Below the pieces are notes generated by a model. That model was not told where the DNA came from. It saw nothing but the letters and a program-made list of their open reading frames with translations, and did not search any database. The position numbers were made by a program, and so were the translations under genes. From NCBI GenBank assembly GCA_963847625.1, contig CAWKAR010000003.1, forward strand, positions 1 to 64,000: a stretch of DNA of 64,000 bases. Direction: 5' to 3'. The first letter of the stretch is position 1; each line of letters opens with the position of its first letter. The stretch comes from a candidate division FCPU426 bacterium. Lineage in GTDB: Bacteria; Oederibacteriota; Muellerivitia; Muellerivitales; Muellerivitaceae. Positions 32,046 to 41,576 of this stretch are shown in pieces.

Positions 32046-32281
32046 TGTCCCTCGCCTTATACCAACTGTCTTTCAGTTGGCATTACCGAACTTTGCCCTT
32101 CACCTGGTGGGTGAAGGGCAGGTAAATAGGCTCAGGACAGGTTGTCGCGTATATACGACAACCTGTCCCTCGCCTTATACCAACTGTCTTTCAGTTGGCA
32201 TTACCGAACTTTGCCCTTCACCTGGTGGGTGAAGGGCAGGTAAATAGGCTCAGGACAGGTTGTCGCGTATATACGACAACC
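32046..32281. repeat. 118-bp tandem duplication of nested family B elements
   Basis: TGTCCCTCGCC..ATACGACAACC at 32046 and 32164. Confidence 0.9.
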
Positions 32282-32639
32282 TTCTTAGCGAGTTCGATGG
32301 GGCTCACAACATGCATGAAAACCACATGAATGAATTATGAATTCTAAATTTTGAATTATGAATTGATTGCTTAAAGCAAACCTTTTTAGCCACGGATGCA
32401 GGGGATACACTCAGATGGCAAAACCATGAATAAATTATGAATTCTAAATTTTGAATTATGAATGAACTGCTAAAGCAAAAAGCCAAGGCATTCATAAAAA
32501 TACGCAAAATGAACAATGAAAAATGAAGAATGCTTCAAATCTCAAAACCCGCAAACGCGGCCCAATTGATTTGGGCATTCCTTCTTGCTGATATGAATGA
32601 GCCAGTCAACCTCTAAGGTTTTTCCTTTGTCTTTTCCGT

Positions 32640-32885
32640 ATCAAGGTCCCAATGGGAACCCTGATTCCGAAAGCCCGGCTTGTTTCGACGATGAATCAAG
32701 CTGATATTCGCGTGTTAATCCGGTTGCCCGGTTCAGGGACGCAAGATTTTCATCCGTCGGGAGCATCCTCATTCTAAAGTCGTGGGTCGTCTCAAGCTTG
32801 CGCCATTGCGCCACATAGCAAGATCGAGGTTTCTCCGTATCGTTGCCGCGCTCTCGGAACCAAGATTCCCCTTTCATGGAACCCA
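32640..32885 (-). ncRNA. Predicted bridge/seek RNA of the IS1111-type element (boundaries approximate)
   Basis: Target-matching segments at 32774-32780 and 32816-32823, donor-matching segments at 32701-32707 and 32744-32747; identical 43-nt core spacing. Confidence 0.65.
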
Positions 32886-32891
32886 TGCCGC

Positions 32892-33992
32892 CTAAACCGC
32901 CTTGTATGTCTCTCGGGCGATAGCCCAAACAAACCCGGCCAACTCACGGGCTACCGCCATCACAGCAACCTGGCTCAGCTTCCCCTTGTTCACCAACCTC
33001 CAGAACTTGCGATGAAGCCGATCCTGGGCTTTCCGGGCCATTCGTTGTATTGTCTCCGGGCATTTGCGCCGTCTTTCCAACAGCGATTTTCCCGTGCCGC
33101 CATGCCGATAGCTCCAGGCGGCCTCCCCTAAAATCCGGCGGATATGGGCATTCCCAGTCTTGGTAATTCCGCCTCGCCAAATCCGTGGCCCTGTGCTGGA
33201 CTCACAAATCCCCAAGCCCGCATATCCCATGAAGTCACGCGCACTTTCAAATCTTCCAAATTCCTGAGCTTCCACCGCCAACGTCACCGCTCCCAAGGTG
33301 TCGATCCCTTTCAAGGCGCTTAGACATTCCACCATCCGCCGATAGGGCTTCTCCTGCGCCAAATCCATCACCTGTTGACTTAGTTTTTCCAGGTGGGTTT
33401 CCGTATCGTCCAAGGCCCTCAAATAAGCGTTGTGCGTCTCCTGGGCATAAACCAAATCAAAACGTTGGGCCCTCAGCCATCCCCGATGCGCCACTCCCCA
33501 AGCCTTGCTTTCCCGCCAAACGCGTCCCTGTCTCAACAGGAACTTTGACATCCGGTGCCGGGCCCTCAGTCGGTTCGCCATCACATCCTCCCTCACCCGC
33601 ACCAAGTCCCTCGCCGCCTCCTCTTCTACCCCCGGTATCCAAATCTCTGTCAACTCCCCGGCACGGTACAATTTGGCCAGCTTCACCGCGTCCCTTCGGT
33701 CTGTCTTCACCCGGTCTCCAGTCCGCACTGGCGTATGCCCGGGAGAAATCACCACGCACTTGAACCCTTTGGCGGACAACTTCCTTTGCAACTCGTACCC
33801 GCATGGCCCTGCTTCATATACAAACGTCAAGGGTCCACGGCTGCCAAGCCGGTCCATCATCCGTTCCACAGCTTTGGGCGTATTCTCGATCTTGAAGTTT
33901 TCCTTTATTTCATCCGCCCCTGTCGGCAGAACCGCCCCGACCACCGTATCCTTGTGTACATCCAGCCCGACCACTGTGATAAAATTTACCAT
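32892..33992 (-). CDS. IS110 DEDD recombinase/transposase
   Basis: VGLDVHK, YEAGPCG, KTDRRDA, GIDTLGA, ESSTG..RGGITKTGN, AVARELA. Confidence 0.95.
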   Translation of the reverse strand: MVNFITVVGLDVHKDTVVGAVLPTGADEIKENFKIENTPKAVERMMDRLGSRGPLTFVYEAGPCGYELQRKLSAKGFKCVVISPGHTPVRTGDRVKTDRRDAVKLAKLYRAGELTEIWIPGVEEEAARDLVRVREDVMANRLRARHRMSKFLLRQGRVWRESKAWGVAHRGWLRAQRFDLVYAQETHNAYLRALDDTETHLEKLSQQVMDLAQEKPYRRMVECLSALKGIDTLGAVTLAVEAQEFGRFESARDFMGYAGLGICESSTGPRIWRGGITKTGNAHIRRILGEAAWSYRHGGTGKSLLERRRKCPETIQRMARKAQDRLHRKFWRLVNKGKLSQVAVMAVARELAGFVWAIARETYKAV

Positions 33993-34134
33993 GAGTCAGC
34001 ACCTCCGTATGCGGATAGGCTCCCAAAAGGAGCAACCCGCGTTTTTGGGGCGCTTTCAGCGACCCCGCTTATTCTACGCAGGTCGCTGGCTCATTCATGT
34101 TATCTAAACTAATTTAGGTATCAGGAGGTTAACC

Positions 34135-34365
34135 ATGGCCAAGGTTTTGAATCATATTGAACTTGAAGCCCTCAAACTACCAACCCGTTCCCGGGCGCAA
34201 CTAGCCGAGAAGCTCATCTACAGTCTTGAGAAAAACGGACATTTAATAAACGAGCAATTGTGGGCCAGGGAATCCCATAAACGGTATCTGGCGTTGGTAT
34301 CAGGTAAAGTCCGGGGAAAACCGGCGGCAAAGGTACTTCGGGATATCCGTTCCAAACTCAAATGA
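34135..34365 (+). CDS. Addiction module antitoxin (TIGR02574-like)
   Basis: EALKLPTRSRAQLAEKLIYSL..W..E..R. Confidence 0.85.
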   Translation: MAKVLNHIELEALKLPTRSRAQLAEKLIYSLEKNGHLINEQLWARESHKRYLALVSGKVRGKPAAKVLRDIRSKLK

Positions 34366-34658
34366 AAAAAATGGTCTTCCATCCCGACGCCGCCCGGGAG
34401 TTGGAACATTCCGCTTTATATTATGAGTCCCAGGGTAAGGGCCTCGGACAAAGGTTATTACGCCAATTCGAGCTTGGCCTAACCCAAATCCTCGAACGGC
34501 CGGATGCCTGGCCGCCATTGGTGTACTTGCCGATTCGCCGGTACCTTTTGCGTTTTTTCCCCTATGCCATCATCTATAAGAATGACCCGGAGATCCTTTA
34601 TATATTGGCCGTCATGCACCTTTCAAGAAAACCGGGTTATTGGATGAATCGGCTTTAA
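34362..34658 (+). CDS. RelE/ParE family toxin
   Basis: FHPDAARE..GLG..RRYLLRFFPYAIIY..AVMHLSRKPGYW. Confidence 0.9.
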   Translation: MKKMVFHPDAARELEHSALYYESQGKGLGQRLLRQFELGLTQILERPDAWPPLVYLPIRRYLLRFFPYAIIYKNDPEILYILAVMHLSRKPGYWMNRL

Positions 34659-34691
34659 TGTATTAACCTCTTACCTTTTTTTAAAGCCCCT

Positions 34692-34802
34692 CCCATAGGA
34701 ACCCGTGACCTGTTCCCCGCCCATCTTTACCTCCTATTCACCGGCGTCCAGATTGACCTTTATCCCGACGAACCTTTTCCCAACCGCGTTTGGCTGACCC
34801 GC
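34692..34802 (+). pseudogene. YdcF-like 3' stub (scaffold copy)
   Basis: GTCCAGATTGACCTTTATCCCGA..CCCAACCGC..TGACCCGC|AGCATGCATG. Confidence 0.75.
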
Positions 34803-34821
34803 AGCATGCATGAAAACCGCA

Positions 34822-34896
34822 TGCCAGCATTCCATAAAGCTTTTATTGGGGCTGGTATAGTACCAATTTCATTAATTGTTTTATGGTGAATTGGCA
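34822..34896. mobile_element. Family A element (CA duplication)
   Basis: Empty homologous site at about 31120-31150. Confidence 0.88.
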
Positions 34897-35199
34897 CATG
34901 CATGAATTTTGAATTATGAATTTTGAATTGACTGCCCACACCAAACCCTTCTTAGCCACGGATGCAGGGGATACACTCAGATGGCAAAACCATGAATGAA
35001 TTATGAATTCTAAATTTTGAATTGACGGCTAAAGCGAACCCTTCTTGGCCACGGATGCAGGGGATACACTCAGATGGCAAAACCATGAATGAGCCTCTCG
35101 CACCTCAGCGAGTGGCAGTGCTTCGAGAGCCTCAGGGCAGAGTGGATTCGACTTCCTTTGGTCGCTCACCGCAGGCAATGAAAAAAAGAAACGGCGGCT

Positions 35200-35421
35200 T
35201 TAAAGCAATTTAATGAACCCTTCCACCTGCAAACCGGCTTGCCGGATGATCGCGCGGAGGGTGCCGCGGTCCAGTTCCCTATGATCCGGAACCGTCAATT
35301 GTGAGAAAGGTTCTTTTCGGCGGAGAATAATATGGGAAGAGTGCTGACGGATAAAAACGAAGCCTGCCTTGGAAAGAGCCTGTGCGCATTCTCTTCCCGA
35401 TAGACGGGGAAGTTTGCTCAT
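35200..35421 (-). CDS. hicA: HicA family toxin
   Basis: SKLPRLSGRE..GFVFIRQHSSHIIL..TVPDH..GTLRAI. Confidence 0.88.
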   Translation of the reverse strand: MSKLPRLSGRECAQALSKAGFVFIRQHSSHIILRRKEPFSQLTVPDHRELDRGTLRAIIRQAGLQVEGFIKLL

Positions 35422-35624
35422 ATGGCCACTAAAACGGCCTCGAAATGTTCCTTGGGAACGGATAAATGGTCGTCTTTCAACGCGGTCACATAGCCATCAA
35501 TGGCGTCCTTGATATTTTGAATCGCTTTTTTCCGCGTCTTGCCTTGGCTGATACAGCCTGGAAGGCTGGGACATTCCGCCACCCAATAACCATCCTCACC
35601 TGGGTAAATAAAAACCTGTCTCAT
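35418..35624 (-). CDS. hicB: HicB family antitoxin; a family A element (35624-35705) is inserted at the start codon
   Basis: PGEDGYWVAECPSLPGCISQG. The original ATG at 35706-35708 (with RBS GGTGA) is separated from the gene by the element. Confidence 0.85.
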   Translation of the reverse strand: MRQVFIYPGEDGYWVAECPSLPGCISQGKTRKKAIQNIKDAIDGYVTALKDDHLSVPKEHFEAVLVAI

Positions 35625-35885
35625 GCTGAACCTCAATTAAGCTTTTAAAGAGTTCGGTATAGTACCGATTTCAATTAATTATTGTTTCATTAATGAAAAT
35701 CGGCACATGGCTTCACCTTTCCGGTTATTCGAAATCCAAAGCTATCGGTAATATTGTACAACTTAACATAAAGGGAACAAAGGATCAGTTTCCAAAAACG
35801 GAGGCGGTCTGTCCCCGCGCGGTTTTGGGCACAGCGTGATTTTTGGGTGCAATTCTCCAAGCTTTGGGGAAGCCTGGGACGGGTG

Positions 35886-36038
35886 CGCCGATTCTCATAT
35901 AAACCGTCAATGTTATCGGTGCTATACCGACCACTTTATATGATTAATAGAAGGTCGGCATTCGCCGATCATCCATAAATATGTATTGCGACTGGTGCTA
36001 TACCGAACTCTCATTGAAAGCCTAATGGAGGTTCGGTA
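35886..36038. mobile_element. Two tandem degenerate family A elements
   Basis: CGCCGAT..GGTGCTATACCGA..TCGGYA twice. Confidence 0.7.
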
Positions 36039-36598
36039 TGGCACTGCATTGGGTGGGCATTGATCATTAGCCGGAACATTCATAAAAAACATGAATGAAT
36101 TATGAATTGAAGAGCAAAAAAGGCCACGACATACATGAAAACCACACGAATGAATTATGAATTGACGGCAAAAACAGCGAAACTCTCCCCATACAGTTTA
36201 CATTCCTTTGGTCTCTCATTATGTTGTCGCCAATCGGCGACACCCTTCTTAGCCACGGATGCAGGGGATACACTCAGATGGCAAAACCATGAATAAATTA
36301 TGAATTTTGAATTATGAATTGACTGCCTAAGGTCATCACTCCTTATGGTTTTAATCCCTTTGGTCTCTCCGTAGGTTGTCGCGTATATACGACATTCTTC
36401 TTAGCGGATTCGATGGAGTCTGTAGTGAGGCTCTCGAACTACTTACCACAGGTTAGGGGTTTGGAGTTAGGGTTAGGTGTTTTCCACCTAATAACCAATC
36501 AAACGATACTTTAATAAAGGTTTATTTCAGAACGGTATTCGATAATCTTGGGGTAACTTGCTATAATCACTTGTGTATTCTCGATTTAAGGAACTTTC

Positions 36599-36883
36599 AT
36601 GAAAAACGATAGGTTTGTTTTTTCAAACGCTGTTTTTAAGGAAGATAACGGCTATTCTTCCTTGTGTTTGGACCTGGATGTCGCAAGCCAGGGGCGTACA
36701 ATCGACGAAGCCAAGAAAAACCTATTGGAAGCCATTGAGCTTTACTTGGAAACGGCCATTGAGAGTAACCTGCCTTACTTAAGGCCCGTACCTCCCAGCG
36801 AGGATCCACGCAAGACCAAGATGGACCATTGCGTCGGGATTTTTGACCTTAAAGTCGCTCTTTCCATAAAGGCTCATGCCTAA
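36599..36883 (+). CDS. hicB: HicB family antitoxin
   Basis: KEDNGYSSLCLDLDVASQGRTIDEAKKNLLEAIELY. Confidence 0.85.
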   Translation: MKNDRFVFSNAVFKEDNGYSSLCLDLDVASQGRTIDEAKKNLLEAIELYLETAIESNLPYLRPVPPSEDPRKTKMDHCVGIFDLKVALSIKAHA

Positions 36884-37085
36884 ACTACCGGTCCTACGCC
36901 CCCGGGAAGTTATCTCCAAGCTTGAACGTTTGGGATTTTCCGTTGTCCGCCAAAAAGGTAGCCATATTCAGATGAAAAATGGAAACCTTTTAGTGACGGT
37001 GCCGATGCACTCCGGGGTAATTCCTAAAGGGACTCTTAAATCCATTTTGCGTCAGGCAAAAATAGGTATTGAAGATATTTTGTGA
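36876..37085 (+). CDS. hicA: HicA family toxin
   Basis: MPKLPVL..LGFSVVRQKGSH..TVPMH..KGTLKSILRQA. Confidence 0.92.
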   Translation: MPKLPVLRPREVISKLERLGFSVVRQKGSHIQMKNGNLLVTVPMHSGVIPKGTLKSILRQAKIGIEDIL

Positions 37086-37634
37086 GTGAAGCCGTGTTTG
37101 TTTAAAGAGTTCACCAACTATACTACCGTCCCTTGCTTTATTTTCTTGTTTGTCCCTATCCAAACAATCCTGTTCCCAACCGCTATTGGATGACCCGCAG
37201 CATGCATGAGATTCAAATGCATTTGAACCTTATGCATGAATTATGAATTTTAAATTTTGAATTATGAATTGAAAAGCAAAAAAGGCCACAACATGCATGA
37301 GAACCTCAGGCATGAATTATGAATTCTGAATTTTGAATTTTGAATTTTAAATCCCAAACATCCAGCTCACTATCATGCGGCTTTAATCCTTTTGGTCTCC
37401 CCCTATGTTGGCCAATTTCCATTTGAAATTGGCACTACCAAGTCTTGTCCCTCGCTTGGTAGGCTCTGGACAGGTTGTCGCGTATATACGACAAATGTTC
37501 GGTTTTTAGCATGCATGTCCTATTTCTGATTTATCCAATGCGTTGTTGGGTATTGAGCATAGTTCCTCCTAGGCATCCCAAAAACTTTGACATTTCCCTG
37601 GACTTCGTCAATATTTAACATATATTGTTAAATT

Positions 37635-38846
37635 ATGACAAACTATCATTCCCGTGAAATCGTCCCCCGGCTGCGGGAAGCCCTGGAGGACATGCCGGTC
37701 GTGGTGCTGACGGGTCCCCGCCAGGCCGGTAAAAGCACCCTCCTCCAACTCGACCCCGCCTTCTCGAAACGGCGTTACGCCACTTTCGACGATTACGCGA
37801 CCCTGGATGCCGCCCAACGGGACCCGGAAACCTTCCTGGAAGGGGGACCCCTCACTCTGGATGAGGTCCAGCGGTTTCCCGAAATCCTTTCGGCGGTCAA
37901 ACACTCCGTCGACCGGAACCGCCGTCCCGGGCATTTCCTCCTGAGCGGGTCGGCGAACCTCCGCCTCCTTAAAAACGTCACCGAAAGCCTCGCCGGCAGG
38001 GCGGTTTACCTCGATCTCCAGCCCTTTACCGCCCGCGAGGCGGAAGGCAGGACATCCCGCCCCCCGGTTTTGCGGGACCTGCTCCAGGGGATTCCCCCGG
38101 AAGGCAAAGCCCGCCCTTTCGATTTCGGAACCGTCCTCAAAGGCGGGATGCCGAGCGTCATCCTGGGCGAAGTGAAAAAACCCGAAATATGGTTCAAGGG
38201 ATACGTGCAAACCTATCTCGAGAGGGACTTGAGGGACCTGAGCCAGGTGGGCGACCTGGCTGGTTTCCGCCGGTTGATGAAGTTGGCTGCGCTGAGGACC
38301 GGCGGCATCCTAAGCCTTTCCGACCTGGCGCGGGACGCGAAGATGAACGTGATGACCCTCTCCCGGTACCTTTCCCTGCTGGAGACGTCCTTCCTGATCC
38401 GGCGCCTGCCGCCGTACCTGGGAAACCAGACCAGCCGCCTGGTGAAATCCCCAAAGCTCTACTTCACCGACTCCGGTTTGGCCGCCCATTTGACCGGCCT
38501 GGACCCCTCCCAGGAAGACCATCCCCTGAAAGGCGTCCTGCTCGAGAATTGGGTCGCCCAGAATTTGCTGGCGTTATCCGAGGCCTTATTTCCGGAATCC
38601 GGAGGTTTCTATTGGAACATCCAGGGCCGTTACGAGGTGGATTTTATCCTGGAATCTGGGAAAAGAACCCTCGCGGTGGAAGTCAAGTGGGGTTCCCGGC
38701 CCAAGGCGGAGGATTTGCGGGGTTTGGAAGCCTTCCTGAAGTCCCAGGAGGAGCCGGTTACCGGAGTCCTCGCGACCACGGGACGGGAAACACTCCCCCT
38801 GGGCAAAAATCTCTGGGCCGTTCCCATTAATCTTTTGCTCGCCTAA
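37635..38846 (+). CDS. AAA_14 / DUF4143 ATPase
   Basis: GPRQAGKS, LDEVQ, ESLAGR, KSPKLYFTDSG, EVDFIL..EVK. Confidence 0.92.
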   Translation: MTNYHSREIVPRLREALEDMPVVVLTGPRQAGKSTLLQLDPAFSKRRYATFDDYATLDAAQRDPETFLEGGPLTLDEVQRFPEILSAVKHSVDRNRRPGHFLLSGSANLRLLKNVTESLAGRAVYLDLQPFTAREAEGRTSRPPVLRDLLQGIPPEGKARPFDFGTVLKGGMPSVILGEVKKPEIWFKGYVQTYLERDLRDLSQVGDLAGFRRLMKLAALRTGGILSLSDLARDAKMNVMTLSRYLSLLETSFLIRRLPPYLGNQTSRLVKSPKLYFTDSGLAAHLTGLDPSQEDHPLKGVLLENWVAQNLLALSEALFPESGGFYWNIQGRYEVDFILESGKRTLAVEVKWGSRPKAEDLRGLEAFLKSQEEPVTGVLATTGRETLPLGKNLWAVPINLLLA

Positions 38847-38981
38847 CACGAAAATAACCTAACTTACTTTCTTATTTATTCATCCCTGCCCCGGCGAACG
38901 GATTCGACTCACTTTGTTCGCTCACCGCAGGGCCTGTTCCCAACCGCTTTTGGATGACCCGCAGCATGCATGAAGTTCACA

Positions 38982-39056
38982 TGCCGAACTTCCATAAAGA
39001 TTTCATAGAGTTCGGTATAGTACCAATTACATTATCTGTCTTATGGTGAATTGGCA
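38982..39056. mobile_element. Family A element (CA duplication)
   Basis: Same scaffold site as 34822 but a different left arm. Confidence 0.88.
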
Positions 39057-39430
39057 CATGCATGAATTCTGAATTTTAAATTTTGAATTATGAATTGACG
39101 GCTAACACCAAACCCTTCTTAGCCACGGATGCAGGGGTACCAATTTCTTGTTTAGAAATTGGCACACCCAAGGCTTGCTCCTCGGCTTGTAGCCTCGGAG
39201 CAGGGGATGCATGACATTCCAAAAAACCAGGAATGAATTATGAATTCTAAATTTTGAATTATGAATTTCGGATTGATTTCCGTATCCCGGAAATCCCCAA
39301 TCATTCAACATTTAAAATCAAGAATTTAGAATTGTTGCCATATATCAACACTGCCTTTTCAGAAAGCGTCCAATCCGTTCACCCATCCCGCGTATTGACT
39401 ATGTTGTAAATTAGGAGTATAGATATCAAT

Positions 39431-40582
39431 ATGCAACGTCTACTAAAACGCGCCAGGCTGATCCGGCGCATCGAAACCTGTCTGGACGCGGCCCCGGTCA
39501 CGGTATTACTGGGCGCAAGGCAGGTGGGAAAGACCACCTTGGCGGGGATGGTTGCCGCGAAGCGAAAGGCCGTGTCTTTTTTTGATTTGGAAACGATGGC
39601 TGACCGGCGGGCCCTCGCCACGCCGGAAATGACGCTGAAGGAATGCCGGGGATTGGTGGTTCTGGACGAGGTCCAAAGACTTCCGGATTTGTTCACGGTC
39701 TTGAGGCCCCTGGCCGACCGTCAGGGCCGTCCCGCGACCTTCCTTCTTTTAGGAAGCGCGTCCCCGGCCCTGGTGAAGGGGGTCTCCGAATCGCTGGCAG
39801 GAAGGGCTTTGTTCGTGGGCATACCCGGTTTTTCCATCGAGGAGGCCGGACCACGGCGCTTGAACGCCCTTTGGCTGAGGGGCGGTTATCCCAAAACCTT
39901 CCTGGAGGGCAAAGCCGCCGCCAGGGAACGCTGGGTGGAAAGCTTTCTGTCGTCGCTTTGGGAACGGGACATCCCCCAGCTTGGCTTGAGAGTGGCTGCG
40001 GCGGCCCTCCAGCGCTTCTGGCTGACGTTGGCGCATTACCATGCCCAGGTTTGGAACGCCTCCGAACTGTCCCGGGCGATGGACGTGACGCCAAAAACCG
40101 CCCAATATTACCTGGACATCCTCGAGGGCCTGTACGTTGTCCGGGTGCTGAAACCTTGGCACGAAAACATCAAGAAACGCCAGGTGAAATCCCCCAAGGT
40201 TTATTTCAGGGACAGCGGCCTTTTCCACCGGATGATCGGCGTCGATACACCCAGCCAATTGGCGTCCCATCCGAAGAGGGGCGCGTCTTGGGAGGGGTTT
40301 GCCCTGGAGCAGGCCTTGATTCAATGGGGGGAGAAGGACTCCTATTACTGGGCTACCCAGCGCGGGGCGGAACTGGACCTTTTGCTTGTCCGCAAGGGAC
40401 GCCGTTACGGGGTCGAATTCAAATGCTCCGACGCGCCGGAAATGACCCGGTCCATGCATATGGCACTGGGAGATTTGGGCCTTTCACGGCTTTACGTCGT
40501 CTACCCGGGTTCCCGGCGGTATCCGTTGCACCCTAAGGTAACGGCTCTACCGGCGGTAGACCTTCCCAAAACCTCGCTGTGA
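39431..40582 (+). CDS. AAA_14 / DUF4143 ATPase
   Basis: GARQVGKT, LDEVQ, ESLAGR, KSPKVYFRDSG, ELDLLL..EFK. Confidence 0.92.
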   Translation: MQRLLKRARLIRRIETCLDAAPVTVLLGARQVGKTTLAGMVAAKRKAVSFFDLETMADRRALATPEMTLKECRGLVVLDEVQRLPDLFTVLRPLADRQGRPATFLLLGSASPALVKGVSESLAGRALFVGIPGFSIEEAGPRRLNALWLRGGYPKTFLEGKAAARERWVESFLSSLWERDIPQLGLRVAAAALQRFWLTLAHYHAQVWNASELSRAMDVTPKTAQYYLDILEGLYVVRVLKPWHENIKKRQVKSPKVYFRDSGLFHRMIGVDTPSQLASHPKRGASWEGFALEQALIQWGEKDSYYWATQRGAELDLLLVRKGRRYGVEFKCSDAPEMTRSMHMALGDLGLSRLYVVYPGSRRYPLHPKVTALPAVDLPKTSL

Positions 40583-40628
40583 AAAAACGTTCACTTGCAA
40601 ACATAGGGGTCTGATCACCTGCTCCGCA

Positions 40629-40703
40629 TGCCGAACTTCCATAAAGCTTATAAAGAGTTCGGTATAGTACCAATTTCATTAACTGCTTTATGGTGAATTG
40701 GCA
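40629..40703. mobile_element. Family A element (CA duplication) inside hairpin CACCTGC..GCAGGTG
   Basis: CA|TGCCGAAC..GTTCGGTA-TAG-TACCAATT..AATTGGCA|CA. Confidence 0.85.
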
Positions 40704-40956
40704 CAGCAGGTGCTAGTGTACATTTTACATTTTAAGGCTAAACGATGAAGGCTTCGACTCACTGCCACACGCTGCGGTGCGTGGGGCTCAGCCGATTGTC
40801 CTCACCGCAGGCAATGAAATATTTGAAGAACGGAATGAGGGGTTAGGAGTTAAGCCCGCAAATCATACCAAAAAGACAATTAGGAATGAGGTATTAGGAG
40901 TTGGAAGCTTAAAACAAAGAGCAAGAACACCAAATCTTTTTTAATCCAGTGTCTCC

Positions 40957-41239
40957 CCCAGGCTCCGACCAATTTCGTGCCAGCCTTCCATAAAGCGGTT
41001 AATGAGGCTGGTACTGCACTGATTTCCTTGACTGTTTTATGGAGGATCAGCGCGAGCTTATCCGCGGTTTAATCCGATTGGGTTTTGAAGGCCCCTACAG
41101 CGGTGGAAAACATATGTTCATGGTCAAGGGCCCGTTGAAGCTTCGTATACCTAACCCCCACCAAAGCGATATTAGCATTCCTCTTTTAAGGGAAATACTT
41201 CGGCAGGCCGGCATTCAACCAACCTATTGGAATAAATAA
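40957..41239 (+). pseudogene. HicA-like toxin interrupted by a family A element (40978-41052)
   Basis: PRLRPIS | ELIRGLIRLGFEGPYSGGKHMFM..IPNPH; no intact start and no partner. Confidence 0.7.
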
Positions 41240-41576
41240 GCTAATAATCAAAAAAACACTTCGAGCATTCCAAGGCTGCATTTAACATTTAGGACTTCAA
41301 TCCAGATCGATCTTTATCCCGATGAGCCTGTCCCCCACCGCTTTTGGATGACCCGCAACTTTTGGATTCATATGTTCAGGTTTTGGGGGAGCTTGAAACA
41401 AATGAATAATGAACCCATTCGACAAGCTCAGGGCCATCGGATTCGACTAGCTCGGGGCAGAAATTAGGAATTGACGGTATAACAGCGGCAGAACAAACAC
41501 GAAATAGCAAATTTTAATTTGCCGTTAATTCCCCAGCATCGCTAATATATTGAAAATCCCTATTGGAGCGCACTGA

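Larger units (their letters stand above)
32588..34105 (-). mobile_element. IS110 family, IS1111-type element
   Basis: Subterminal IRs ATGAATGAGCCAG/CTGGCTCATTCAT; CT core at both junctions; long non-coding end downstream of tnp. Confidence 0.9.

Noticed and set aside
28400..41400. Classical integron cassette array
   Set aside because: No tyrosine integrase and no convincing RYYYAAC..GTTRRRY attC sites by eye; cargo occurs on both strands.
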